64,000 nucleotides of DNA from Macrostomum lignano (lineage: Eukaryota): assembly GCA_002269645.1 (NCBI GenBank), contig NIVC01001200.1, positions 62,001 to 126,000 on the forward strand. The letters run 5' to 3'. Position numbers and translations under genes: made by a program. Position 1 is the stretch's first letter. The number at the start of each line of letters is the position of its first letter. Positions 24,314 through 37,424 of the stretch are shown one piece after another. The notes under the pieces are model-generated. The model worked only from the letters and a program-made list of their open reading frames with translations. It did not search any database and had not been told where the DNA came from.

Positions 24314-27300
24314 ATGCTGGCCGAGTCCCCGCAGCGCCAGCAGCAGGCGCTGTTCCGCTGCGTCGCCCAGAACGACCTCGGCCGCGTCGGCGAGCTGCTC
24401 CGCCAGAGCCACGTTGATGTGAACGGCCGCGACTCCGACAAGCACAGAATGACGCCGCTGATGCGCGCGGCCTGGGCCAACCTGCCCGACATGATCCGCC
24501 TGCTGCTGAAGGCCGGCGCCAGACTGGACGACGCCGACAGCGAGTCCGGAGCCTCCGCGCTGCACATCGCGGCCAGGGAGAACGCCGCCGCCGCCGTTGC
24601 CGCCCTCATTGACGCTCAGGCAAATGTCGACGCTCGTGACAGAGTTCGGCGGACTCCGCTGATGCTGTGCGCCGCGCCGCGCTGGGCCACCGGACAGTCG
24701 GCGAGCAGCTCCTGCGGGCCGGGGCGGACACGGACCTGCAGCGGGACACCGGCTACACCGCCATGCACCTGGCCTGCGAGCGGAACCACCTGGACTTCGC
24801 CCGCCTGCTGGTGCAGTTCGGAGCCCGGCTGGACATTGCGGCCAGCCGGCAGGCGGACTGCCACACCGCCTTCACCCTGGCGGCCCGCCTGGGCCACGTC
24901 GAGATGCTGCGCCTGCTGGCCACGAGAGGCGCCACCGTGGCAGCCCAGCGGTGCAGCCTCGGCACCGCGCTGCATGTGGCCGTGCGGTTCAGCCAGGATG
25001 AGGCTGCCAGCTTCCTCAGCGAGCTGCAGAAGGACAGGTGAAGTTAGCGAGAAGAGTTTTTTTCAGTTAGGTATGACAGTGGCCCTTTGTGTCCTGCTGG
25101 AGATTGCCGCCTGTGTCTTTTTTAGTAGCCGATATGCACATTAGGGGGTTGCCACCTGTGTCTTTGTTAGTAGCCGATATGTACATTAGGGGGTTGCCAC
25201 CTGTGTCTTTGTTAGTAGCCGATATGCACATTAGGGGGTTGCCACCTGTGTCCTTCTGAGAGTGGTCACCCCTGGGTTCTCTGGAATCTCACCTCTGTGT
25301 CCTCTGGAATCTCACCTCTGTGTCCTCTGGAATCTCACCTCTGTGTCCTCTGGAATCTCACCTCTGTGTCCTCTGGAATCTCACCTCTGTGTCCTCTGGA
25401 ATCTCACCTCTGTGCCCCTTGGAATCTCACCTCTGAATCATTTTTTGAAAGTTTTCACCTGAGTGTTGCAACACCAGAACCGCTCTCCCATCCGCTGCAG
25501 GCCACCTGAGCTCCCCTCGGCCAGCCGCTGCAGCAACCCCCGTCAGGCCAGCACCATCAGCGACTCGGACACAGATACGGACGAGTCCGAAACGTCCGAG
25601 TACGACGATACCGACTCGTCCTCCGACTCGGACACGGCCGCAACCGTCTCCGCAGACGGCACGCTGGCGCCCTCCGCAGCCACGTCGCTGCCGCCCTCCT
25701 CCCGATCGACTCCCGCCGAGGAGGCAGCCGTTGCGACCGCGACTGGCGCTCGGGATTCGCCAGGGAAACTTCGACGCCGAAAAGCGGGCGTCGCGTGGCT
25801 GCACAGCCGACCGTCGACCCCCGAGCTGCCCCCGATGACCCCCCAGCTGCCCCTGCTGACCCCTGAGTTGGCTTCGCAAGCGCCTGCACAGCATCGAAGC
25901 CCGCCACAGCCGTGTAGCTCCAACCCGTCGACCCCAAGCTCGCCCAGAACAATGTCGATGCCTCGAACCCCGGTGACTTCGAGGACCCCATCGTCGCCCT
26001 CGACGCCGTCAACGCCGTCACCAACGATTAGGCCGTCGCTGCTGCCGAAGCGCCAGACAAAATACCGAACCATCCGCAGCCCGAGGATCCGCCGCAACAA
26101 CGGAGGCAGCGAAGACGACTCTCCCCTGAACTCGCCAAGAAGTTCCGGGCGCCAAGTTCACCCGCTGCCGGCCGCGGCAGTTGCGGAGGCGGCTGAGGCG
26201 GCCCGGGCGGCGGCGGCGTTGCTGCCCCCCATCGCGGCGCCGCGCGGTCTGTCGCGGCCTTCGACGCCCGAACTTCGGCGAGTGCACAGCGTGCGGCCGT
26301 ATCGGCAGGCGGGCCAGCTCAGCCCGCAGCAGCAGCAGCAGCAGCAGCTGATCATCCAGCAGCAGCAGCAGCAGCTGATCATCCAGCAGCAGCAGCAGCA
26401 GCTGATCATCCAGCAGCAGCAGCAGCAGCTGGAGCAACTGCAGCTTCTTCATCAGCAGATTCTGCGGCAGCAGCCGCTGCTTCAAGCCCAGCAGCAGCAG
26501 TGGCTGAACCTGCACCGGTCGCCCAACAACCCCAGCAACGGCTCCTCCTCCAGTGAGGGCGTCTCGTGCGCCATCCAGCCCTTCAAGGCGTGGAAGATCA
26601 AGAAGAACGACCGGCCCATCGGGTCCGGCTCCTTCGGCGCGGTGTACCGGGCCTTCACCGACAGGAACCAGTTCGTGGCCGTCAAGGTGGTGAAGCTATC
26701 CGCCAACGCCAGCCCTCAGCAGCTTCAGCGCGCCATCCGCAACGAGGAGAAAGGCGTCCAGCTGCTCACCCGGCTGAACCACCGCAACATCCTGAAATTC
26801 TTGAAGACCGACCGCGACCACCAGGGCAACTTCTGCATCTTCACGGAGCTGCTGTCGGGGAATAGCCTGGCCGGCATTCTGGAGGAGTACGGGGTGTTCT
26901 CTGAGGACGGCATCGCCAACTTCACCAGACAGGTAGAGATCTCTGTGGATCGCTTATTCATGGAGATCAGCAGTAGATCAGCTGTAGATCAAGCTGTAGA
27001 TCAGCCGTAGATCAAGCTATAGATCAGCCGTAGATCAGCTGTAGATCAGCTGTAGATCAAGCTATAGATCAGCTGTAGATGAGCCGTAGATCAGCTGTAG
27101 ATCAGCTGTAGATCAGCTGTAGATCAGCCGTAGATCAGCTGTAGATCAGCTGTAGATCAGCTGTAGATCAGCTGTAGATCAGCCGTAGATCAGCTGTAGA
27201 TCAGCTGTAGATCAGCTGTAGATCAGCTGTAGATCAGCTGTAGATCAGCTGTAGATCAGCTGTAGATCAGCTGTAGATCAGCTGATTCAGCAGAATGGCA

Positions 27301-27792
27301 CCCCCGCAGATCTGCAGCGCCCTGGACTATATCCACACCCGGAGCCCCCCGGTGCTGCACCGGGACCTGAAGTGCTCCAACGTCATGCTGACCAACGAGG
27401 GCGTCATCAAGCTGATCGACTTCGGCCTCGCCAAGGAGATCGCAGCCTCGATGGCTGCCAACGCAACCGAAGTGGTCGGCACGCCATGCTTCATCTCGCC
27501 GGAGATTCTGGACGGTGGCAACTTCACGGACAAGTCGGACATCTGGTCGCTGGGCTGCACCGTCTTCGAGATGGCCACCGGGGCGGCGCCCAACGCCGAC
27601 AAGAAGAGCATCAACGCCGTGATGTTCGCCATCTGCAACAAGCCGATGCCACGCTTGCCGCCAAAGATGTCCAAGTCGCTGCACGCCTTCTATGGCGCCT
27701 GCGTCCAGAAGGTGCCCACCGCACGGCCGTCGGCAGCGGACCTGCTGGGCCACCCGGTGGTGCGGAGCACCGCCACCCACACAGCAGTATGA
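24314..27792 (+). CDS. Ankyrin-repeat Ser/Thr kinase, STE11/MAP3K19(YSK4)-like; exons 24314-25037, 25501-26932, 27310-27792; frameshifted as assembled by a 5-bp duplication at 24671-24680
   Basis: About six ANK repeats ([43 protein letters not shown]), Ser/Pro and polyQ linker, complete kinase ([53 protein letters not shown]). Removing one GCCGC copy gives 878 codons in frame. True N-terminus uncertain. Confidence 0.85.
25095..25440. repeat. 45 bp (25095-25250) and 23 bp (25279-25440) minisatellites in kinase intron
   Basis: Tandem copies seen directly. Confidence 0.85.
26975..27287. repeat. 11 bp minisatellite (GTAGATCAGCT) in kinase-domain intron
   Basis: About 28 copies. Confidence 0.95.
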
Positions 27793-27934
27793 GCTGCCCA
27801 GCTGCCCGGTGCCACCCCCAGTGAGCCCGCCTGCCTACCGCGACGCGGGAGGACAGCGAGCGGACTCTGCAGCCAGCTTTTTGTGTCCAGTTTTGCCGCC
27901 CGGGCTACTATGAGTAGTTTTTTAGCTCAAGCTC

Positions 27935-29010
27935 ACTGTAGTCACTCTGACTCTCTCTGACTCACCCTGGTTCTCCCTGACCCACCCTGACCCACCTGAC
28001 TCTCCCTGACCCACTCTAACTCTCCCTGACCCACCTGACTCTCCCTGACCCACCCTGACCCACCTGACTCTCCCTGACCCACCATGACTCTCCCTGACCC
28101 ACCATGACTCTCCCTGACCCACCCTGGCTCTCCCTGACCCACCATGACTCTCCCTGACCCACCCTGACTCTCCCTGACTCACCCTAACTCTCGCTAGCTC
28201 ACTCTGACTCTCGCTAGCTCACTCTGACTCTCGCTAGCTCACTCTGACTCTCGCTAGCTCACTCTGACTCTGGCTAGCTCACTCTGACTCTGGCTAGCTC
28301 ACTCTGACTCTCGCTAGCTCACTCTGACTCTCGCTAGCTCATTCTGACTCTCGCTAGCTCACTCTGACTCTCGCTAGCTCACTCTGACTCTCGCTAGCTC
28401 ACTCTGACTCTCGCTAGCTCACTCTGACTCTCGCTAGCTCACTCTGACTCTCGCTAGCTCACTCTGACTCTCGCTAGCTCACTCTGACTCTCGCTAGCTC
28501 ACTCTGACTCTCGCTAGCTCACTCTGACTCTGGCTAGCTCACTCTGACTCTGGCTAGCTCACTCTGACTCTCGCTAGCTCACTCTGACTCTCGCTAGCTC
28601 ACTCTGACTCTCGCTAGCTCACTCTGACTCTCGCTAGCTCACTCTGACTCTCGCTAGCTCACTCTGACTCTCGCTAGCTCACTCTGACTCTCGCTAGCTC
28701 ACTCTGACTCTCGCTAGCTCACTCTGACTCTGGCTAGCTCACTCTGACTCTCGCTAGCTCACTCTGACTCTCGCTAGCTCACTCTGACTCTCGCTAGCTC
28801 ACTCTGACTCTCGCTAGCTCACTCTGACTCTCGCTAGCTCACTCTGACTCTCGCTAGCTCACTCTGACTCTGGCTAGCTCACTCTGACTCTCGCTAGCTC
28901 ACTCTGACTCTCGCTAGCTCACTCTGAATCTCGCTAGCTCACTCTGACTCTCGCTAGCTCACTCTGACTCTCGCTAGCTCACTCTGACTCTCGCTAGCTC
29001 ACTCTGACTC
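27935..29010. repeat. Two adjacent 20 bp minisatellites (CTCCCTGACCCACCATGACT; CTCGCTAGCTCACTCTGACT)
   Basis: Switch of unit near 28190; second array about 40 copies. Confidence 0.95.
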
Positions 29011-29624
29011 TTGTCTCTTTACATGATCGCAACTCCTCTAGTCTAACAATTTCATTTATGCACAGGAGCTAAAAAACTACTTAAAGTAGCTCGCACGCAC
29101 CGCGCCAGTCATCTTTCGCTGGACTGCCTAAAAGGCCCGCACTGACTTGCTTGCAATCAATTTAAAGAAACTGTCAAGCGCCTGGCAACCGCTTTGCCGC
29201 TTGATAACAGCAGCAAAGAAGTTCATAATGTACTTTTTTATCGCGTCAGAGCATGGATTTACCAGTCTCTATTGGCGAACCCATGTCTGGCCTCGTGTTT
29301 GTGAGAAAATGACTTTAAATTAAAATGCGCTCCATCAATCCAAGCTGCCAGTCTCCCCATGGAGCCTAAGTGGTCCTGCTCACTAAGTTGCCATTTGTGA
29401 TTTTCTAACAAAATTTCTGCTCATTTTTAACAGTCCTTTATTTATTTCTAAATACCGGAGCCGCGATATTTTTCAATTAGTTCAACACTTCTCTGTGTCT
29501 GTGATGACGCGCCGCAGGCCCAGCTGCCTGCGCTGTGGAGCCCAAGTTTTATTTTTGTTTTAACTGAAATTCCGCAATGCGTTTCTTGTGTTTCTTCTCG
29601 ACTTTATAGACATGACTGCTCTCT

Positions 29625-30085
29625 GTTTAGGTTAAGTTTAGGTTAGATTTTAGGTTGTGTTTAAGGTTTAGGGTTAGGATTTAGGCTTTGGTTTAGGATA
29701 GGGTTTTATTATGGGTTTTAGGATAAGTTTTAGGATAGGTTTTAGGATAGGTTTTAGGATAGGTTTTAGGATAGGTTTTAGGATAGGTTTTAGGATAGGT
29801 TTTAGGATAGGTTTTTGGATAGGTTTATAATGGGTTTTAGGATAGGTTTAGAATGGGTTTTAGGATAGGTTTTAGAATGGGTTTTAGGATAAGTTTTAGG
29901 ATAGTTTTTAGGATAGTTTTTAGGATAGGTTTTAGGATAGGTTTTAGAATGGGTTTTAGGATAAGTTTTAGGATAGGTTTTAGGATAGGTTTTAGGATAG
30001 GTTTTAGAATGGGTTTTAGGATAAGTTTTAGGATAGGTTTTAGGATAGGTTTTAGGATTAGGGTTCAGTTTATTGTTAGGGTTAG
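29625..30085. repeat. 12 bp telomere-like array (GGTTTTAGGATA) with TTAGGG-like edges
   Basis: Tandem copies seen directly. Confidence 0.9.
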
Positions 30086-30451
30086 GACTCAAATTTTGGC
30101 AGCCACTGATATTGTAAAGCCGCTACAAAGCCGTTTCCTGTGACGCTGACAAGCCAGCAGCATAACGCTGAACAGAGTCCTCGAAAAGTGGCCTGCCTGC
30201 TGACTTTTGTAAGCAAAGCTGTAAAAATTGAATACTCAGCTCGTATGCGGTGTACAGTAGAATTTACAGCCACGCACAGCATATTGGGATTTGCGTAGCA
30301 GAGTTAAAATGGCTGCGATAGTCTATGGCCAGAACTGATTGCAGACAGGTACATAGGGGGGGGGGGAATTTTGCTGTTGGAGTTGCACAAACCGACAACA
30401 TGGAGCTAAAACCATGCTGAGACATAGAGACAGCCTGTCAATCAAAGTTTG

Positions 30452-30705
30452 TGTCGTGTCGTGGCTGGCTAGCCAAACTTGAGCCGCAAATGGGCGAGAG
30501 GTTGTTATTTATTGTAGTTGGCAGTGCACATAGATGTACATGCAGATACGAGTAAAGCATCAGCTAATAGATTAGACGGTTAGGCATAAGCGTACATTGA
30601 CAGACAGAGCAGGCGGGGAGAGAGCAAGCAGTCCTAAACTCAGCGCCAATAACAATTGGGGTGCAGCCCCACACTGCGCACTTCAAGTCAAGTCACGATA
30701 CAACA
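30452..30705 (-). repeat. 3' LTR
   Basis: Direct repeat of 33753-34006; preceded on minus strand by purine tract GATGAGGGGA (30706-30715). Confidence 0.95.
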
Positions 30706-30713
30706 TCCCCTCA

Positions 30714-32269
30714 TCACCAACGAGGAGACAGTCGGTCTGGGGCGACCCCTTTGGTCGACCTGCAGCTTCGTCGGGGCTCCGGTGTAGCTTCAGCGGCCTG
30801 CTGCGGTGGTGCCGCTGCGTCTGGCCGCTGGCTATCAGGTTCCGGGTTCCGGCCGCCTTCGTCAGGGTTCCGGCCGCCTTCGTCAGGGTTCCGGTCGCCG
30901 TCGTCAGGGCTCCGGCCGGCATCGTCAGGGTCCCGGCCGCTGTCGTCAGTGTTGTCCGTAACTTCCGCCCGGCTTGGACTCGGACGCAAGCGCAGCTGAT
31001 CCCGGTGTGCCAGCACAGGCCTGTCATCCTTGTCCCGGGTGACCACGGCCGTGTTGTGGCCGGCCTGTACCACAAAGCGGACGGTCTCAGCCGGCCCCCC
31101 TGGCCGCGACTGGTAGACGAGCGGCGCATCGGTGTCGAATTGGAGGGTCAGCGGACTTCGCAGCTGTCGCCCCATAAGCGCAGATGGACTGCCACGCCCG
31201 TCGCCCCGCGGAGTGGCCCGGTAGTTAAGCAGCAGCTTGGCGAGGTACGCGTCGAACCGGCCCTGGTGCTCGGCGAAGGCCCGCAGCCCCTTCTTGACGG
31301 TCTGGACCATGCGCTCGGCGCACCCGTTTGACTGCGGATGATACGGCGGCGAGTGCATCGGCGAGCAGCCGATCTTCTTGAGCCACTCGTGCAGCTGCTG
31401 GTCACGGAACTCCGGAGTATTGTCCGCCACTAAGGTATGCGGCACACCCAGGCGGGAGAAAATCAGGCGGAGTACCTTGATGACCGTCGTCGCGCTCTTG
31501 TCGGCAACAGGCACCGCTTCCGGCCAGCCGGAGAAGGCGTCCACCACAATGAGCAGCAGGCCGAAGCCGGGAACGTGAGCATGGTCCATGTGCACGCGTC
31601 TCCAGGGACCATCTTCAGCCGGCCAGGTGTGGCACGTTCTGGCAGGCATTGGACGGATCTCCGCGCATCGCTGGCATTGCTTGACGAAGTTTTCGACGTC
31701 CTCGCAGTGACCCGGCCACCAGGCTTCCAGCTTGAGTCGATTTCTTGTCGCTAGGGCACCGCCGTGCGAGTCGCCGTGAGCCGCTCGCAGCACGTCTTGC
31801 CGCAGCCGGCTAGGCGGGACCACCAGGTCTCTCAGGCAGACGACGCCATTCTCCACTGAGAGCTGCTGGCGGACGGCTTTATACGGTCGCTCCGCTGCCG
31901 AGCAGTTGTTCCACGCATTGCTGCGGATCCTGCGCTTGACGCTGGCGAGCACCGGGTCATTGTCAGTGGCGTCTCTGATCTGCTCCAGCTTGAGCACCTC
32001 CGTCTCTGTCCAGTGAACGAAGCTTTCCTGGCAGTCGTCTCCATCGCCTTCCTCCTTGAATTCAATTCGAGACAGCGCGTCGACATGCGGGATGCAGCTG
32101 CCCTTGATGTACGAGATTTCGTAGTCGAAGGCCGACAGCTGCAACGCCCAGCGCATAATCCTAGCCGATGTGACCTTTGGAAGCTCCCGAGACGGACTAA
32201 AAATGAACTCCAATGGTTGATGATCGCACTGGAGCACAAACTTGCTGCCGAGAAGAAAGTGTCGTCGAA
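30714..32269 (-). CDS. pol fragment: C-terminal RNase H, HHCC zinc finger and DDE integrase
   Basis: FVLQCDHQPL, RWALQLSAFDYEISYIKG, H...H...CQRC, RVHMDH, VVDAFSGWPE, LVADN, HPQSNGCAERMVQTVK. Confidence 0.92.
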
Positions 32270-32272
32270 ACA

Positions 32273-33733
32273 ATGGCGTCGCAAGCAGCCAGTGAATTAC
32301 CTCTCAATGATCCAGCCATGGCTGAGGCCTGGCTGCAAAGTTTTGAAGCACTGTGCAGGCACAAAAAACTGCAAGATACAAACGAAGAGAAGCAGGTGAC
32401 AGACCTCTTCCTTGCTCGAGCAGGAATCAATGCAGTCCGATCCGTCTCTATCATGGCAAAGCCGAAAAACATTGAGGATATGACCTTCAAGGACATCAAG
32501 AAAATGATAATCGGGCGACTCCAGCCCAAAAAGAAACTGGTGATTGCAGAGCGCACAAGGTTCATGTCCCAGCGGCAGCTGTCAACAGAGTCGGCCCAGC
32601 AGTTCGCGGAGCGCTTGAGAGACGCGGCAAAGCACTGTGAGTTTGACAAGCTCAACGAAAAAGACTGCAAACAGTCAGCCGAGGATGACTTGATCCAAAC
32701 ACTGCTGATCAGCGGCTTGTGCGACCACAGCCAGCGGACTAAAACACTTGAGCACATTCAGAGCTCTGAGAATCCAGTGACTCTGGACACGTGTCTGCAG
32801 TACATCCAGCAGTTAGAGCTCATTCAGAGCTACAGCTCAAGCGACCGATCTGCTGAAGCCCGAGAGCCTAGCAGAAGCTCCGAGACGGCTGAGAGTTCGA
32901 CACCAGTTGCCAGCATCGACAGGAACCGCAATAGCGGTGCTCAGTGCAGGTCGTGTGGTCTGCAGCACCAGCCAGGCAAATGCCCTGCATTCGGGAAGAC
33001 CTGTAACAAGTGCCACCGCAGGAACCACTTTGCTGCAGTCTGCAGGAGCAGCGCCAAGTCCAAGTCGGTTGCACCTGCCCATGAAATCGACACGAGTGAG
33101 TGTGAGCAGGCAGGCATCTACACCATCGTCGGCAACGAGAGCGGAAGCGGCAGCATAAAAACTGTGCTCATTGAAGGCAAGCCGTTCAAAATGCAGCTTG
33201 ACTCTGGATCCGGTGCGAGCATCATTCCGATAAACTTCTGGAGGAGCCTCGGTGAGCCCAAGCTACGAAAGTCCAAGCTGAGACTGCGACAATTTGACGG
33301 AACGGTCATCAGAACTAGAGGATGCTTCACGGCGCTCATCGAAGTCGGGAGACAAATCGCCTGTGCGGACGTGACGGTCACCGAATGCACAAAGGAGCAC
33401 GGCCTCATCGGAACAGACGTGCTGGACTTCAAGCTGGACACAGCGACTGTCAATCAAGTGGAGCGCAGCAGCAAACCGCTAGGCAAGCTCAAAGGTTTCC
33501 GTGCTCGGGTCCTGCTCAGGGAGAACGCTCAGCCCAGCTTCTTCGATGCCCGGCCGCTCCCGATTCATCTCAAGCCGCTGGTGGTGGCTAAGCTGCGGAC
33601 GATGATCGACGCCGGGATCCTCGAGCCCGTGCCGCCAGGCGGCAGCAGTTGGGCATCGCCCATTGTGGTGGTGCGCAAGGCCGACGGAGACCTGAGAATC
33701 TGCTCCGACTACAAGGTCGGGGTGAACCCGAAG
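32273..33733 (+). CDS. gag, aspartic protease and N-terminal RT fragment (inverted relative to the LTRs); frame runs on into the LTR to 33856
   Basis: Twin Cys/His knuckles CRSCGLQHQPGKC and CNKCHRRNHFAAVC; MQLDSGSGAS; WASPIVVVRKADGDLRICSDYKVGVNPKI then truncation. Confidence 0.92.
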
Positions 33734-33751
33734 ATCCTGCTCGCGACGCCA
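33734..33751 (-). promoter_or_regulatory. Primer-binding site, 18 nt, tRNA-Ser-type
   Basis: TGGCGTCGCGAGCAGGAT, 1 nt from the LTR end; complement ATCCTGCTCGCGACGCCA has the form of tRNA positions 59-76; Ser assignment is from recalled tRNA sequences. Confidence 0.85.
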
Positions 33752-33752
33752 T

Positions 33753-34006
33753 TGTCGTGTCGTGGCTGGCTAGCCAAACTTGAGCCGCAAATGGGCGAGA
33801 GGTTGTTATTTATTGCAGTTGGCATTGCACATAGATGTACATGCAGATACGAGTAAAGCATCAGCTAATAGATTAGACGGTTAGGCATAAGCGTACATTG
33901 ACAGACAGAGCAGGCGGGGAGAGAGCAAGCAGTCCTAAACTCAGCGCCAATAACAATTGGGGTGCAGCCCCACACTGCGCACTTCAAGTCAAGTCACGAT
34001 ACAACA
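33753..34006 (-). repeat. 5' LTR
   Basis: Direct repeat of 30452-30705; contains AATAAA on the minus strand. Confidence 0.95.
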
Positions 34007-34213
34007 GTTTGCTTCAGCTGAAGGGTAAGGCTGATGCTCAGATCTTTACTCAATGAGTTGCTAGCAGTTGCGTAATAGCCAAGCGCTTAAACAGTCTTCG
34101 CTTGTAAAGTTACAGAATGATTGATGCGAGTTGAATTGATAAGGGCGAGTTGAACCGTTTAAGCATGAGAGTTATCAGGAGTTGAGCCCGGGCTGCCTTC
34201 TCAGTCCAGTGTA

Positions 34214-35341
<1,128 letters not shown>

Positions 35342-36099
35342 CCTAGGGGAGAACTAGTGCAAGAAGGTATTCCCATGCCCTACCTTCGTCCTTTCCCCAT
35401 CCCAGCCGCAGTTCCCCAGCAGATCAATAATTCCCTTTCTCGGACAAGTCCGGCTTCGATCTTCCCCAGTTGGGATTTCCCTCTCCGCTCGATATCATAG
35501 CTGCCCAAGGCCGGCTCCGGCAGGCCGGTCAGCACTGGACAATCAAAGCCCCAAACACAAATGCAGAAATCGGCCCATTTCCAAGAATCCAATCAGTTCT
35601 CCATCGCGAGCGTGACGGCCCAGCAGCCAGTCTCACCTGACTGACTGACAGGCTGCCAAGGCTCCCCGGCGCACCTGCGGCTTGTCAAGCCGGCCTCAGA
35701 AACAGAGGCGGGCGGTCGATGATCGATTTTATGCCCCCCCTTCGCTGGGCAGAGCTGAGCTGGCGAGTTTCTCCGCCTCCCTGCTTATCGTGTGCGCGAC
35801 ATCTGCTGCCGGGCACAGCGATGAGGAGCAGAGGCTGGATTAGCATCTGAGGTCCACTGCTCAGGCCGGTCTTAATCCTACAGAGGCCAGAGTTCCTAGC
35901 TGAGCAGCTGCTAAGCTCCAGCTAATCTGCAACCCTGCAAATGCCAGGACTGAGTGCCGCGGCTCAGTCAGCACTGCTGGAGATGAAGCCGGGGCCCAGC
36001 ATCCATTTGCATTTGCTGCTCAATTTGCGGTAATGCTTGTGCATTGGGGAGCTGAGCTAAAGTGTGAGGCGCTGAAAAAATCCTGTGTCCTCAGTGCTC

Positions 36100-36760
36100 T
36101 GACTCTGACTTTCTGACAGTCTGACTGACTGTCTGACACTCTGACTGACTGTCTGACACTCTGACTGACTGTCTGACACTCTGATTGACTGTCTGACACT
36201 GACTGACTGTCTGACACTCTGACTGACTGTCTGACACTCTGACTGACTGTCTGACACTCTGATTGACTGTCTGACACTCTGACTGACTGTCTGACATCTG
36301 ACTGACTGTCTGACACTCTGACTGACTGTCTGACACTCTGACTGACTGTCTGACACTCTGATTGACTGTCTGACACTCTGACTGACTGTCTGACATCTGA
36401 CTGACTGTCTGACACTCTGACTGACACTCTGACTGACTGTCTGACACTCTGACTGACTGTTTGACACTCTGACTGACTGTCTGACATCTGACTGACTGTC
36501 TGACATCTGACTGACTGTCTGACACTCTGACTGACTGTCTGACACTCTGACTGACTGTCTGACACTCTGACTGACACTCTGACTGACTGTCTGACACTCT
36601 GACTGACTGTCTGACACTCTGACTGACTGTCTGACACTCTGACTGACACTCTGACTGACTGTCTGACACTCTGACTGACTGTCTGACACTCTGACTGACT
36701 GTCTGACACTCTGACTGACTGTCTGACACTCTGACTGACACTCTGACTGACTGTCTGACT
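36100..36760. repeat. 20 bp minisatellite (GACTGACTGTCTGACACTCT)
   Basis: Tandem variants seen directly. Confidence 0.95.
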
Positions 36761-37424
36761 CAACTCTCTTTTGCTATCCAATGACTGTGCCTTTTTTCCG
36801 ATCTCCTGTTTATCCCATCACCAGTTTATCTAATCACCTGTTTATCCCATCACCTGTTTATCCCATCACCTGTTTATCCCATCCTGCGATCACCCCATCA
36901 TCCCCATTCCCTGTTCACCCCATCATCCCCATTCCCTGTTCACTCCATCATCCCCATTCCCTGTTCACCCCATCCGCTCATTACCTGACCACGTGCTTTC
37001 TCACCTCCTATAGGTGTCATTCAAAATAAATCCTGCACTCCAGTCTCAAATCCCCAAAAGCGCTCGAATTTAGGCAAGCTGACTCAATAATTCCCGATAG
37101 CTGCAGTGGCTGCAGAGTTGGGCTCTGGACAGCCGAGGTGCAACAATTGCCGCGCATGCCTCCTCTGCCCAGGGCTTTGAGAACTCCCAGCTAATAAAAA
37201 ATGAAGAAAATTTCTTTGCTTTCCGCCTGAAGAGGCAACTCCGTGACAGATTTGGTTTGAACAGAAATAATTGCAACACGTGCCAATCATTTCAGGGCCA
37301 ACTGTTTACACCTGGAGTGAGTGGGGAGTGTGAGAACTGACTGGCGTGGGGAACTCTTAATCCCACTTTTAATGTGTGCTTCAGCTAGCGTTTGCCCCTC
37401 TGCTGAATCGGGAACAAATCGAAG

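Larger units (their letters stand above)
30452..34006 (-). mobile_element. Ty3/gypsy (Mag-type) LTR retrotransposon, internally inverted and deleted, non-autonomous
   Basis: 254-bp LTRs (30452-30705, 33753-34006; TG...CA; 2 substitutions), 5-bp TSD GTTTG (30447-30451, 34007-34011), PBS and PPT on minus strand, gag/protease on plus strand, RNase H/integrase on minus strand. Confidence 0.95.

Noticed and set aside
29625-30085. True telomere or chromosome fusion site
   Set aside because: Units are degenerate 12-mers in one orientation only, with no head-to-head TTAGGG junction.
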